Part shown: piece after piece, positions 1-9,259 of the stretch | Layout of the letters: each line of letters starts with the position of its first letter | How positions within the stretch are numbered: position 1 is the stretch's first letter | DNA from: a virus | Taxonomy: Duplodnaviria; Caudoviricetes | DNA: 32,125 nucleotides | IMG/VR virus record: IMGVR_UViG_3300020045_018670 | Location: 1-32,125 of that record | Strand: one strand, 5' to 3' | Notes under the pieces: model-generated | The model's database searches: none | Seen by the model: only the letters and a program-made list of their open reading frames with translations | What the model was told of the DNA's origin: nothing | Translations under genes and position numbers: made by a program

Positions 1-1
1 T

Positions 2-337
2 GGCTGGGCAGTTCACTACTACAATGAAGACGACATCAAAAATATCAAGCCTATCAGCTGTCGTGTAGTCGTTAATCAAGCCGTGGAACTGACCGAAGAT
101 GAAAAATTAAAAGCCAGGGAAAAAGCGCTTCAAATCGCCACCAATGAAATGGTTGCAGAAGTAAAAAAGGATTTGAAAATTAATGTTCAATTATCTGAAG
201 AGGAAATTTCAGAAGCTAAAAAACAAGCAGTTGAAAAGGTATATTCTGATGTACAGGATAAGATGAAAATCAAAAAAACATCAAAGAAACCAACAACCGA
301 AGTAGTAGAACAAGTACAAGTAGACTTATTTGGATAA
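2..337 (+). CDS. PcfK-like protein (AcrIIA9-related family), 5'-truncated by window edge
   Basis: Frame is open from nt 2: GWAVHYYNEDDIKNIKPISCRVVVNQAVELTEDEK..., matching the remembered PcfK pattern AVHYYxEDxI...CxVVVN..VELTEEEK; ends QVDLFG; directly upstream of a PcfJ-like gene. Confidence 0.8.
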   Translation, partial: GWAVHYYNEDDIKNIKPISCRVVVNQAVELTEDEKLKAREKALQIATNEMVAEVKKDLKINVQLSEEEISEAKKQAVEKVYSDVQDKMKIKKTSKKPTTEVVEQVQVDLFG

Positions 338-339
338 TT

Positions 340-1701
340 ATGAAACCAACAACCAAAATTCAAAAAATAGTTGCGCCTTTGGTTAAAAAATTACCAAAAG
401 TAACTGATACTCAAGAAAAATGGGCTTATAATCTTTTAGATTGTTATGCAATGGTGTCCAGGAGTAGAATGTTTTGTTTGGAATGTGGACATAAATGGGA
501 TCCGGGTTCTGAAATAATAAAACAGGCTGAAATGCTACCTCAAAAACACACACTCCACTTAAACGTAAAATGTCCAGATTGCAAACGAAAATTAAAAGTC
601 TATAGATACAATATGCCTCAAATTAGCATTTCATCATTATGGGGAGTTTGGACAACATTCAAAGATTATCAGGTTTTAAGGGTTATGCATATTCAGAAGA
701 ATATGGCTAAAACCAAAAAACCGTATTGGCATTCCATAGAAGACCTGCAGTATTGGATTGGAAAGGACGGTTCGATTACGGTTTTCTCAAGAACATACAA
801 TGGAGGTTATGGAGGTTATTCAGGTTTTCAGGGAGATTTCACACTAAAACCAAACGGCACCGAAGAGCGCACTCAATATGACATTGATCTTAAACCTGAA
901 GTAATTTATCCAAAAATACAATTGCTTCCTGAGATTACTCGAAATGGATTTACTGGAGAATATTATGGTTTATCACCGCATCAAATGTTTGCTTTTTTGA
1001 TGAATGATGTCTATGGAGAAACGCTACTGAAAACAGGAAATATTGATTTGTTTAAATATTTTTCCAGAAATAGAATGGTGATGAGTAAAAAATTATGGAT
1101 TGCTATTCGAATTTGTCTTCGACATAAATACAAATTAAACCATCAAAACATATCCTATTGGGTTGACTACGTAAAACTTTTAATCTTTTTCAAAAAAGAC
1201 ATTCACAATCCGGTTTATGTGTGTCCTGCAGACTTGAATCGTGAGCACGACAGATTGGTTCAAAAGAAAATTCGTATTGACACCCAAAGACAATTGATGA
1301 AAAAAGCAGCTGACATCGAAAAAGAAGAGGGAAATTATTTTAAAAAGGTTGAGAAGTTTTTGAACCTGTGTTTTTCAGACAATAACGGTATTGTTATCAC
1401 GCCAATGAAATCTGTAAAACAGGTTTTTGAAGAAAGTAGTCTTTTAAAGCATTGTGCTTTTACAAATAATTACCATAAAAAAGAAAACACACTTCTTCTT
1501 TCCGCTTCAGTTAAAGAAAAGGTGCTGGAAACAATAGAAATAAACACGGCGCAATTGGAGTTGGTTCAGGCTAGAGGTATTCAAAACCAATATTCGAAAT
1601 ACCATAAAGAAATTATCGCCCTGGTAAAAGATAATTTAGAAGAAATCCGAAAAATAGTAATCAAAACAAGGCCGAGAGGCAAAAGCAAATCAGCAGCATA
1701 A
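340..1701 (+). CDS. PcfJ-like protein
   Basis: MKPxTKxQK start, two CxxC pairs (CLECGH, CPDC), WxDY..LL..F.KD..NP.YVCP.DL..EHD and C-terminal LKHC..TN.Y...ETIE.....VQARG motifs. Confidence 0.88.
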   Translation: MKPTTKIQKIVAPLVKKLPKVTDTQEKWAYNLLDCYAMVSRSRMFCLECGHKWDPGSEIIKQAEMLPQKHTLHLNVKCPDCKRKLKVYRYNMPQISISSLWGVWTTFKDYQVLRVMHIQKNMAKTKKPYWHSIEDLQYWIGKDGSITVFSRTYNGGYGGYSGFQGDFTLKPNGTEERTQYDIDLKPEVIYPKIQLLPEITRNGFTGEYYGLSPHQMFAFLMNDVYGETLLKTGNIDLFKYFSRNRMVMSKKLWIAIRICLRHKYKLNHQNISYWVDYVKLLIFFKKDIHNPVYVCPADLNREHDRLVQKKIRIDTQRQLMKKAADIEKEEGNYFKKVEKFLNLCFSDNNGIVITPMKSVKQVFEESSLLKHCAFTNNYHKKENTLLLSASVKEKVLETIEINTAQLELVQARGIQNQYSKYHKEIIALVKDNLEEIRKIVIKTRPRGKSKSAA

Positions 1702-1911
1702 ACAATTAAACAACAAATTATGAAAATTGGATTTATTCATAAAGCCACACTCCACATACACCACCGGCTTAACTCCAAGTTCTTTGTATGATTTCAACTC
1801 TTCGAACAGGTCAAAAAAAGTAAGGTTGTCAAGCTTCAATTGATTGCCTTCAATCCTTGCAAAACCGCTTTTGTCCACGTCCGGGTCGATTCCTATTAGT
1901 ATTTTACTCAT
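1690..1911 (-). pseudogene. RuvC-like (RNase H fold) resolvase, N-terminal half only; truncated at an inversion-type junction
   Basis: ILIGIDPD..KSGFA and VYVECG.MNKSNFH motifs, then the frame runs into antisense pcfJ 3' region (NLLFNCLCC*); only 73 aa. Confidence 0.7.
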
Positions 1912-2747
1912 CGTTCGAATATTTGCTGTTTTCCCAATTCCTTTTGCTTTTCGAAGTATTCCAATAAAACAATTTTCTTTGCCCGGATTATAACCTTTGT
2001 AGAACCTTCTTCTATAAAATCTTCATACACGGCTTTGGCGGCTTTCCTCACTGCATCATCTACTGAAAGCATTGCAGTTTCAATTTCTTTTTGAATTTGA
2101 CTTTTTGCTTGCTCCAGTTTGTCTTGATAGTATTGGACCAGCTTTGGGTTTTTGCCATTCTTGATAATTCCTTTTTCGTGAAGAAAATCAAAAATATATT
2201 CCGTTGGATCTTCGATTTCTCCGGTTTCTTTGTATTCGACAAACCTTTCATTTATTCCGGCTTTCACGATTTCTTCTTTTGCTTCTGGTGTCATTTCTGG
2301 AAGTCTGTTTTTGATTTGTTGCTTTTTTTGATCATAAACCCTTAAACTTTCATTCCTGAAGTTGGTGTACTGATTCAGGATTTCGCCAACAGAAACACAA
2401 TCAAGCAATCGAAAAACCTTGATATCTAATTCACGAGCCACATACATTTTGAAAGCTTCCTCCACTTCCTTGATGGTCAAATTGCCAAACTTGGAACGAA
2501 TCAAATCCAGAACCAGAACCATCTGCTTTTCCAATTCTGAAACCTCATCATCATTGGATGCTTTTATGTTCAGAACAGAAATCATGTAATTCATTAGATT
2601 ATCAATTTCAGAAACATTTTGAATCGTTTTGATTTTAGGATAATCTTCATTCAGTTTGGCCAGCGTTGGCTTTGTCAATGATTGATTGTGCGCTAAAGAC
2701 AAATGGTTGTTTTTTTGTTCCGGTTGGATTATTAACTGATCTTTCAT
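1908..2747 (-). CDS. Hypothetical replication-associated protein (helicase-loader position)
   Basis: 279-aa ORF directly downstream of and overlapping the initiator gene; function inferred from position only. Confidence 0.6.
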   Translation of the reverse strand: MKDQLIIQPEQKNNHLSLAHNQSLTKPTLAKLNEDYPKIKTIQNVSEIDNLMNYMISVLNIKASNDDEVSELEKQMVLVLDLIRSKFGNLTIKEVEEAFKMYVARELDIKVFRLLDCVSVGEILNQYTNFRNESLRVYDQKKQQIKNRLPEMTPEAKEEIVKAGINERFVEYKETGEIEDPTEYIFDFLHEKGIIKNGKNPKLVQYYQDKLEQAKSQIQKEIETAMLSVDDAVRKAAKAVYEDFIEEGSTKVIIRAKKIVLLEYFEKQKELGKQQIFER

Positions 2748-3417
2748 TTTTTTGATTTTTTGATTTTAAAATTTCTCCGGGAAGCCACCTTGAAAAATGC
2801 GAGGCGTATTCTTTTTTTGAAATTTTGGTGTCTAATTCAGAAATAAGTTTTTTGTTGAAGTCGTCAAGCCATTTTGGAATTTCTTCCGGAGTGATTCTGT
2901 TTTGCATCGAAATGGTTTCAATCCAAGTTTCACTTTCCAAAACCTCTTTGCTGAAAATTTCATTTTTTGAAATCGAAACTTTTTTAAATTCTTCTTTTGT
3001 TTCTTTTTCTAAAAGAATAACAGTATCAGTTACAGTACCATTTACAGTAACAGTATCATTAACAGTTACAGTTACATGTTCGTTTGGTTCGTTTTTTGAA
3101 CCATTGGTTCGTTTTGGTTCGTTTTGGTTCGATTCTGGAACGTTTGCTTTCCTTGCTTCACCGCTTTTTAGTCCTGCCAATCTGCCTAATTCCCTACGTC
3201 TTTCCTTGGTTGTTTCATATTTTACCAAGTCGCGTTTCATTTGACGTTTGATAGGTTCGAAAACTAAATCTATAAGCAAGTCGTCAACAATTGGGTTTTC
3301 ATCGTTCACATATTGCAGGATTGTCATAAATAATTCTCCTTGCTTATCCTTTGGCATTTTCCTGACGGTGTGTATTAAATCTGCATACAGTACAAATGAT
3401 TTCTTGTCTTCAGCCAT
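2647..3417 (-). CDS. Phage replication initiator (lambda O-like architecture; DUF6291-like N-terminus)
   Basis: KKSFVLYxD N-terminus, RRELGRLAGLKSG helix, low-complexity linker encoded by repeats, C-terminal EYASHFSRWL motif. Confidence 0.8.
   Translation of the reverse strand: MAEDKKSFVLYADLIHTVRKMPKDKQGELFMTILQYVNDENPIVDDLLIDLVFEPIKRQMKRDLVKYETTKERRRELGRLAGLKSGEARKANVPESNQNEPKRTNGSKNEPNEHVTVTVNDTVTVNGTVTDTVILLEKETKEEFKKVSISKNEIFSKEVLESETWIETISMQNRITPEEIPKWLDDFNKKLISELDTKISKKEYASHFSRWLPGEILKSKNQKNERSVNNPTGTKKQPFVFSAQSIIDKANAGQTE
3020..3131. repeat. Iteron-like repeats, putative replication origin inside initiator gene
   Basis: TGGTTCGTTT at 3085, 3105 and 3115, partial copy at 3125 and a degenerate copy near 3077; adjacent tract of ACAGT(A/T) repeats 3020-3075. 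Confidence 0.7.
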
Positions 3418-3424
3418 AATAATT

Positions 3425-4573
3425 CTACTTTTTAAAAGGTACGTTTGTCAGCTGTCTTCCGTTGTTCCAGATGGCGTATCTACCTTCGTTGTCGATTTGG
3501 ATTTTCATTGTTTCTACTTTGCCAAACATGTTGATGTTGCCACCCATATCCACAAACCAAGCATTCTCTTTGGTCGGCCATATTCGCATAGCCCTGCCAA
3601 TGATTTGGTAATACAAGGAAAGCGACATCGTGGATCTGGCCATCAAGACCGATTCGAGTTCCGGATAATCAAAACCGGTAGTCAAAACTCCCACGTTTAC
3701 CAAGCATTTTATAATTCCTTTTTTGAACTGTGAAAGGATTCGTTCCCGTTCCTCTTTCTTGGTGTCTGATGTCAAAAGAACGGCTCCTGGAATGCGTTTT
3801 ACCACTTCCTTGGCTTCGGTGATCAGGGCGCAAAAAATCAATAGATTAGGCTTTTTCGAAAGGATGTGATACGCATACTTCACGATTCGGCTTGGCATAT
3901 CGATGGACTTGTAATATCGGCTCAACGATGCTTGGGTATAGTCGGTTCCTGAACTGTTTAATTCCAGTTTGGAGCGGTCAATAACATCAAAAGAGTAATA
4001 CTCCAGCTTGGCCAAAAATCCGGCATCAAACAGCGTACTGTTTTGAACATAATACAGCACTTTGTTGAATATCTTTGGCGTGGAACGGGTCAAGAACGTC
4101 AATTGCGGTCCTTCGGATGTTTGCGACAATCGGTAAGGCGTGGCGGTCAATCCCAAGACTTTGGCATTGGGTAAATAATTGATGAATTCCTGATACATTC
4201 CATCTTCTGAATTAACCAAATGGCATTCGTCGATAAGGATGTTCTTTGTTCCGGCAAAAAGATGCTTTTTGTTGATGATGCTGCCAATGGTGCAAAACGT
4301 TACTTTGTCGATTCTTTTTTCGCCAACCGATGCACTGTAAATGGATGCTTTGCCATATTTGGAATACTTGCCGTAATTCTGCTCCAAAATCTCTTTCGAG
4401 GGCTGGAGAACAATCGTTTTGCCCTCCAGCGGTGCTATAATGCCAGCAATTACAATCGACTTTCCAGAACCGGTAGGCAAGATTTCAATTCCATTGTCGG
4501 AGGTGTCCGACTGGAAGAAATTAACGCCTATATCGATGGCTTCCGATTGATAATGTCTGTATTGAAATGCCAT
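3425..4573 (-). CDS. SF2 DEAD/DEAH-box helicase (RadD/YejH-like)
   Basis: LPTGSGKS (motif I), IDECH (II), GLTATPYR (III), LTTGFDYP (V), QIIGRAMR (VI). Confidence 0.95.
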   Translation of the reverse strand: MAFQYRHYQSEAIDIGVNFFQSDTSDNGIEILPTGSGKSIVIAGIIAPLEGKTIVLQPSKEILEQNYGKYSKYGKASIYSASVGEKRIDKVTFCTIGSIINKKHLFAGTKNILIDECHLVNSEDGMYQEFINYLPNAKVLGLTATPYRLSQTSEGPQLTFLTRSTPKIFNKVLYYVQNSTLFDAGFLAKLEYYSFDVIDRSKLELNSSGTDYTQASLSRYYKSIDMPSRIVKYAYHILSKKPNLLIFCALITEAKEVVKRIPGAVLLTSDTKKEERERILSQFKKGIIKCLVNVGVLTTGFDYPELESVLMARSTMSLSLYYQIIGRAMRIWPTKENAWFVDMGGNINMFGKVETMKIQIDNEGRYAIWNNGRQLTNVPFKK

Positions 4574-4575
4574 AA

Positions 4576-5190
4576 TTATATGGCTTGATCTTCAAATTTC
4601 CCTTTTTCGAATGCATCATCTTCCGAAGCAAAATCCATATAAACCTGTTCCGGTTGTGGAGCTGATTTACCGTTCATGTAATACTCAACTTCCTTGATGG
4701 CGTTGTCCAAACATTCGGTCAATTTGGTCAAATAAAGATAAGCGCCGTTGAGTTTTACCTTTGGAGAACTGAACTTGATTATGCCGTTTGTAACCTCCTT
4801 GTAACCGGACAAAACCAAGGATCTATTTTCTTCTACTCCGGCAATCGAAAATGAATTCACGTAATACTTTTCGGTTTCAGGTTCATCCTGCAGGAATGAT
4901 AATTCCGTGGCGTTGTCGTTTCCGGTAAAGGCATCGTCCAAGTGTGCCAGGAACACGTCAAACTTGTCAAAAGCGATTTGCAAATCTTCGTGAATGATGT
5001 GTTTTCCGTTTCTGGAAAGTCCGTCACCTTTGGTTTTTCCGGTTAGTAATTCGTAGGAATACGTGCAAAGTGCATCTTTGAGCGAAGCGCTTTTTATTTC
5101 TACCTCTTTTGCCGTTAAATTGGCCAAACCTTTGCTTAATTTGTCTGCATCGATTGTGAAAACTTTTCCTTTTTCTTTTGTTTCTGACAT
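4576..5190 (-). CDS. Hypothetical phage protein (acidic C-terminal tail)
   Basis: 204-aa ORF tightly packed in the operon. Confidence 0.75.
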   Translation of the reverse strand: MSETKEKGKVFTIDADKLSKGLANLTAKEVEIKSASLKDALCTYSYELLTGKTKGDGLSRNGKHIIHEDLQIAFDKFDVFLAHLDDAFTGNDNATELSFLQDEPETEKYYVNSFSIAGVEENRSLVLSGYKEVTNGIIKFSSPKVKLNGAYLYLTKLTECLDNAIKEVEYYMNGKSAPQPEQVYMDFASEDDAFEKGKFEDQAI

Positions 5191-5192
5191 GA

Positions 5193-5489
5193 TTATTGAT
5201 TGTTATTGATTAAAAAATACTCTTTGTAATTGCCTTCTATCATTTCGGAATCGATAGGTACGTTCCAAAAGTCCTTCAGGTCTTTAATTCGTCGGCTCAA
5301 ACCGCCTATTCTGTAGTCGAGCAATGCTTTGGTTGTCGTGAGTCTTTCACCTCGTAAAAGGGCTTCATACAAGATTCGGCATTGGTTGGAAAACTTCTTT
5401 TTGTTTCTTTCGAAATGCTCCTGATTGGAAACTTTGTTTTCAACATGATGAAGCGTTGAAAAATCGATTGGTATCTGGTTTGTTTTCAT
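5193..5489 (-). CDS. Winged helix-turn-helix protein
   Basis: ILYEALLRGERLTT..AL....IGGLSRRIKDLK pattern typical of small phage wHTH proteins. Confidence 0.7.
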   Translation of the reverse strand: MKTNQIPIDFSTLHHVENKVSNQEHFERNKKKFSNQCRILYEALLRGERLTTTKALLDYRIGGLSRRIKDLKDFWNVPIDSEMIEGNYKEYFLINNNQ

Positions 5490-5935
5490 AAATACTCTTG
5501 ATTACTGTGTTTACTAATTTCATTTTCTAAATCTTGAAGCAATGCCAGTTCTTTGGGTTCTGGTAGATAAATGCCAAGGTCATTGCTCGAAAAGTTCCTG
5601 AACCGGTCAATGGCCAAAGTCATATCGGCAGTATCCAAACTGGCGGTGCTTCGCCAACGTTCAATCTTGAATCCTTTAATCTTGCCCTCAAATTCGCCAT
5701 CATAAAAAAGCGTTGAATTCACGTGCTTCTTGAAAATTTCCTGTTTTACTTCTTCCATCGTGTAACCGGTTTCTATACCAAACCAAGTCAGAATCAAATG
5801 CAAGTAGCTGTTTTGGGAAATACTCCTTTTGGGATGCTTGGCTTTCAATTCGAAAGTCTTTTCGTTGGCGATGAAGTATTTCAACTTTTCGATGGCTTGT
5901 TTTTTCTGGAGTGCATTTGAGGCGTTGTAGATCAT
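5486..5935 (-). CDS. NinB/Orf-like recombination accessory protein
   Basis: KRSISQNSYLH motif, ST..L.T..M...ID.FR and GIYLPEP C-terminal pattern. Confidence 0.65.
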   Translation of the reverse strand: MIYNASNALQKKQAIEKLKYFIANEKTFELKAKHPKRSISQNSYLHLILTWFGIETGYTMEEVKQEIFKKHVNSTLFYDGEFEGKIKGFKIERWRSTASLDTADMTLAIDRFRNFSSNDLGIYLPEPKELALLQDLENEISKHSNQEYL

Positions 5936-5938
5936 GGG

Positions 5939-6496
5939 TTAATCGATTTTAAAGACTCCTAACTCATACAATTTGTGCACAATCTCGGCTTCAAAATAAG
6001 CGTCGTCCGCACCACGGTGTTTTTCAACATAACCCACATCACCAAAGAAATGCAAATGCGCTTCTTCTACTTTTGGCCATTTAAAACCAGAATTTTTTGG
6101 ATGTGGAATTTTGCAGATGTCGGTTGATAGTTTCATTGGACAAGGCAACTTTCTTGGAAAAACAAAGCCTCTATCTTCGAGAAAACCAAAGTCAAAAGCA
6201 TTGTTGAAAGCAGTTGCACCCAACGGATAATCATTCAAAATTTGTTGAATTCTTTTTCTTTTGCCGTCCAGACTACCTGAATACTTTATCATCTTGGTTG
6301 TTAGGTCAGAATTCTGGACTATCCAAGACTTTTCTACTTCGTCCACTGTTATTCCTTTTTCGTGGCACACTTCGCTAAACAAAACAACTCTTTTGCCGTC
6401 GTTCAGGTCAAGCTCCACGATACCAACCTCAACTATTTTACCACCTTGTGGAAGAAACCCCGTGGTTTCTATGTCTAATACTAATATTTTACGCAT
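5939..6496 (-). CDS. DEDDh 3'-5' exonuclease (DnaQ-like)
   Basis: LDIETTG, AFNNAFDFGFL and HRGADDA motifs; start taken at ATG 6496 (MRKILV) rather than 6550. Confidence 0.92.
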   Translation of the reverse strand: MRKILVLDIETTGFLPQGGKIVEVGIVELDLNDGKRVVLFSEVCHEKGITVDEVEKSWIVQNSDLTTKMIKYSGSLDGKRKRIQQILNDYPLGATAFNNAFDFGFLEDRGFVFPRKLPCPMKLSTDICKIPHPKNSGFKWPKVEEAHLHFFGDVGYVEKHRGADDAYFEAEIVHKLYELGVFKID

Positions 6497-6824
6497 CTTG
6501 AATTCTTTTTTCAAATTCCGGTTTATAATTATCAATGGCCATAAAAACATTTTCAGGACATCTACTTACCACCTCATCCTTGAAATGGATCAACTGATTG
6601 ATGAGCATATCCACTTTTTCGATCATTTCAATTTTCTCTTCGCTGTTGTTGAAATTGTTCCAGATGCGAACCGTATGGTTACAGTCGGAGATTCGAACTA
6701 TTGCCGTACCGTCTGATTTTATTTTGGCGTGAATGGCAGCCATGGAACGGATGCTTTTGGGTGCCAAGAATGATTTTTGATTGTAAGTGACGTGGGCTGT
6801 TTTTGGTTTCAATTTTTTGGTCAT
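6489..6824 (-). CDS. Hypothetical protein
   Basis: 111-aa ORF with short overlaps to both neighbours. Confidence 0.7.
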   Translation of the reverse strand: MTKKLKPKTAHVTYNQKSFLAPKSIRSMAAIHAKIKSDGTAIVRISDCNHTVRIWNNFNNSEEKIEMIEKVDMLINQLIHFKDEVVSRCPENVFMAIDNYKPEFEKRIQDA

Positions 6825-7414
6825 GATCTTTGGATTTTATAGATTATTTTGAAATAATAATTAGCTACTACAGGAATGCAGGAATGAAGCTCTGGGTAAC
6901 GAGCTTCCAAATCGGTTCTTGGCAAGAAGTTAGCCAGTAGTTCTACAGCCATATTGTCGCCCAAATGCCAACGAAGAGCCAAGTTGCCACCGATGGTAAG
7001 ATGGGCGCTTTTACCTCCCCATTCTTCGCCCCATCGATTAATCATGGTGGGTTCGAGGCTTGGTATAAAAACTGTCCTGATTACCGTGTGACCTATCCGA
7101 CCGTAAAGTGGGAAATGATAACCAACACCGATGCTGTATTTGTCAAATCGTATCGCATTGAAGCATTCGTAACCTATGTTTACTTCGATGTTTCTGGACA
7201 CTATCGCGAACTGATACAGCACATCGATTGCGGGTTTGTCCTGTGTGGGAGCACTTCCAATGGATGCGTTCCTGATGTCGAGTCCGGCAGAAAGACCAAA
7301 ATAATGATCACTGTCCTTGGTCTGGGATTGCCCTGACCAGATTACAAACAAACTGAACAGGATTACGAAAATCACGAAGAGTCTGTCGTTGCGGTGTTGG
7401 TTATTTGTTGTCAT
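6821..7414 (-). CDS. Putative exported small outer-membrane beta-barrel protein
   Basis: Hydrophobic N-terminal segment ending WSGQS|Q; alternating strands FGLSAGLD, IEVNIGYE, YSIGVGYHF, LTIGGNLALRWHL, MAVELLANF, YYFKIIYKI; start taken at ATG 7414. Confidence 0.65.
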   Translation of the reverse strand: MTTNNQHRNDRLFVIFVILFSLFVIWSGQSQTKDSDHYFGLSAGLDIRNASIGSAPTQDKPAIDVLYQFAIVSRNIEVNIGYECFNAIRFDKYSIGVGYHFPLYGRIGHTVIRTVFIPSLEPTMINRWGEEWGGKSAHLTIGGNLALRWHLGDNMAVELLANFLPRTDLEARYPELHSCIPVVANYYFKIIYKIQRS

Positions 7415-7415
7415 T

Positions 7416-8156
7416 TTAAAAAGGTGTTTTTCCAAAATTGATTCTCATTCCGTTGGTCGCCACTGTGACGTTTTTACCTGTGAGTTCCGACACTTCTTTA
7501 TGAAATTGCTTTTCGTCTGAATTGCTGTCGGACAAGTGTATTAATACAATGTTGTTTACTTTTGACAAGTCATTTGCTGACAACATATCCTTGCAATTCG
7601 CCAGTGAGAAATGCGATTTCAAAATCCGGTTTCTCAAAAATTCCTTTCCACTATCGGCACCAAACTTCCTTTCGATGATTTCCTTTGAATAATTGGCTTC
7701 GACAATGATGTTGTTCAGTCCAGGGAATGTGTATTTGCAATAGTAAGTGTCTGTCAGGAAAAGCACCTTTCCACAATCTGGATGATCAATGAAGAACCCT
7801 AATGGCTCTTTGGCATCGTGCATCACGTCGAATGGAAGTATCTTGAAATTTCCAACGGAAAATGATTTTTGAGACTGGATTACTTTGGCTCTGGATTGTT
7901 CGTCCACAAATCGGCTTTTCAGCGTTCCGCGTGAGCTGTAAACATCAATCCCCAATTTTATCACATCCCAGATGCTTTTGCTGTGGTCCATGTGCTCGTG
8001 GGTACAAATGCAACCAACTACTTTGCTTAAATCGAAATTCAAGGCTTGCTTGATTTCCTTGATGTTTACACCGCACTCTATGAGTAAAACCTCATCCTTG
8101 TTGCCAAGGATGTAAGCGTTACCTTTTGAACCTGTGCTTATGATTTGAAGTATCAT
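7416..8156 (-). CDS. MBL-fold metallo-hydrolase (YycJ-like nuclease)
   Basis: TGSKGN, THEHMDH, HDA, TDT, EANY, HLSD motifs. Confidence 0.93.
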   Translation of the reverse strand: MILQIISTGSKGNAYILGNKDEVLLIECGVNIKEIKQALNFDLSKVVGCICTHEHMDHSKSIWDVIKLGIDVYSSRGTLKSRFVDEQSRAKVIQSQKSFSVGNFKILPFDVMHDAKEPLGFFIDHPDCGKVLFLTDTYYCKYTFPGLNNIIVEANYSKEIIERKFGADSGKEFLRNRILKSHFSLANCKDMLSANDLSKVNNIVLIHLSDSNSDEKQFHKEVSELTGKNVTVATNGMRINFGKTPF

Positions 8157-8158
8157 GA

Positions 8159-8374
8159 TTACTGTTTTTTAGCTTTTAAACTTTCAAAATATTTATTCTG
8201 TTGGTCGTGTTCGAAATCAGTTTTCATCCACTGCAAACAAGGTCTTGTTTCGGGCAGAGTAAGTGATACTAAAAGTCCAATCATTTCATCATATCCTAGT
8301 TCTACACTTGATTTATTTCCTTGAATGATGGTATAGTGATTATCATCATTCTTTTTGATTATGATGTCTTCCAT
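8159..8374 (-). CDS. Hypothetical protein
   Basis: 71-aa ORF with 1-2 nt gaps to neighbours. Confidence 0.7.
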   Translation of the reverse strand: MEDIIIKKNDDNHYTIIQGNKSSVELGYDEMIGLLVSLTLPETRPCLQWMKTDFEHDQQNKYFESLKAKKQ

Positions 8375-8375
8375 T

Positions 8376-9248
8376 TTAGAAATTTAGTTGTGGAACTTGT
8401 TCTTCAATTTCTTGTTTTTCAGAATCCACATTTTCCGAATCTACAACAACCGCTTCCTCGATGTTGTTGTTGCTTTCAAAATCCAAGGATGATTTATTGG
8501 CATTAGTTTTGATTTCGTATTGTACGTTTTCTGATGTTACGTCAATCGTGTTATCTTCTTCTAACGGATCGTAAAGAATGGAATCATCAGAACTACTAAT
8601 CAGTAATTTACATGCTCTGTTTAATACTGTTTTCACCGCCATTTGGTCAGGAAAGTTTTTATGAGCCGGAGAATTTCCTTTTGAACCTCCTTGGTTCCAA
8701 GAAGCCTGAATTTGATTAATATTCATTACCTCAACATCTACAGTTCCATCAATCAATTCAAAAACAGCATAAGCTCCTTTGATTTTGTTTGAACCAACAC
8801 TTTCAAGAGTTTGAATGTGTTTTATAACTTTTCTTCTCCCGGTAGTTTGGTCAACTTCAAATTCGAAAGTATCGCCCTCAAAAATGGCATTCCCTTTAAT
8901 GCTTTTGAGTTTACCGTATCTTTTTGCAATGGCAATATTTCCGGCATAAGAAATGGAGCATTCCACTTTGTCGCCATAAGGAATGAAGTAACATTGTTTT
9001 TTGATGGGTGAAACTCCATAAACCACCATTTTTAGCAATGCTTCTGCAACGGATGATTTATCGCATTTTGCAAGAAGATTGTTCTTTGGGTCTGACAAAA
9101 TAATGTAAGCCGATTTCAAGGCGTTTTCTGCATTAAAATCTTTGGGAAGTGTTAACTCTCCTGATTTCTGAAATGAATCTATTTTGGTTAATACTTGGGC
9201 AGAAATATCTTTTTTTACCTCTACTAATTGTGTGTTTGTTGTGCTCAT
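8376..9248 (-). CDS. recT: RecT-family single-strand annealing protein
   Basis: G.SP.KKQCYFIPYG, ISYxG, GAYA, FPDQMAxKTVLNRACK motifs. Confidence 0.92.
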   Translation of the reverse strand: MSTTNTQLVEVKKDISAQVLTKIDSFQKSGELTLPKDFNAENALKSAYIILSDPKNNLLAKCDKSSVAEALLKMVVYGVSPIKKQCYFIPYGDKVECSISYAGNIAIAKRYGKLKSIKGNAIFEGDTFEFEVDQTTGRRKVIKHIQTLESVGSNKIKGAYAVFELIDGTVDVEVMNINQIQASWNQGGSKGNSPAHKNFPDQMAVKTVLNRACKLLISSSDDSILYDPLEEDNTIDVTSENVQYEIKTNANKSSLDFESNNNIEEAVVVDSENVDSEKQEIEEQVPQLNF

Positions 9249-9259
9249 TTTTGTAATTT

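Noticed and set aside
3020-3131. CRISPR array or phase-variable repeat
   Set aside because: Units are 6-10 bp with no spacers and lie in frame within the initiator gene
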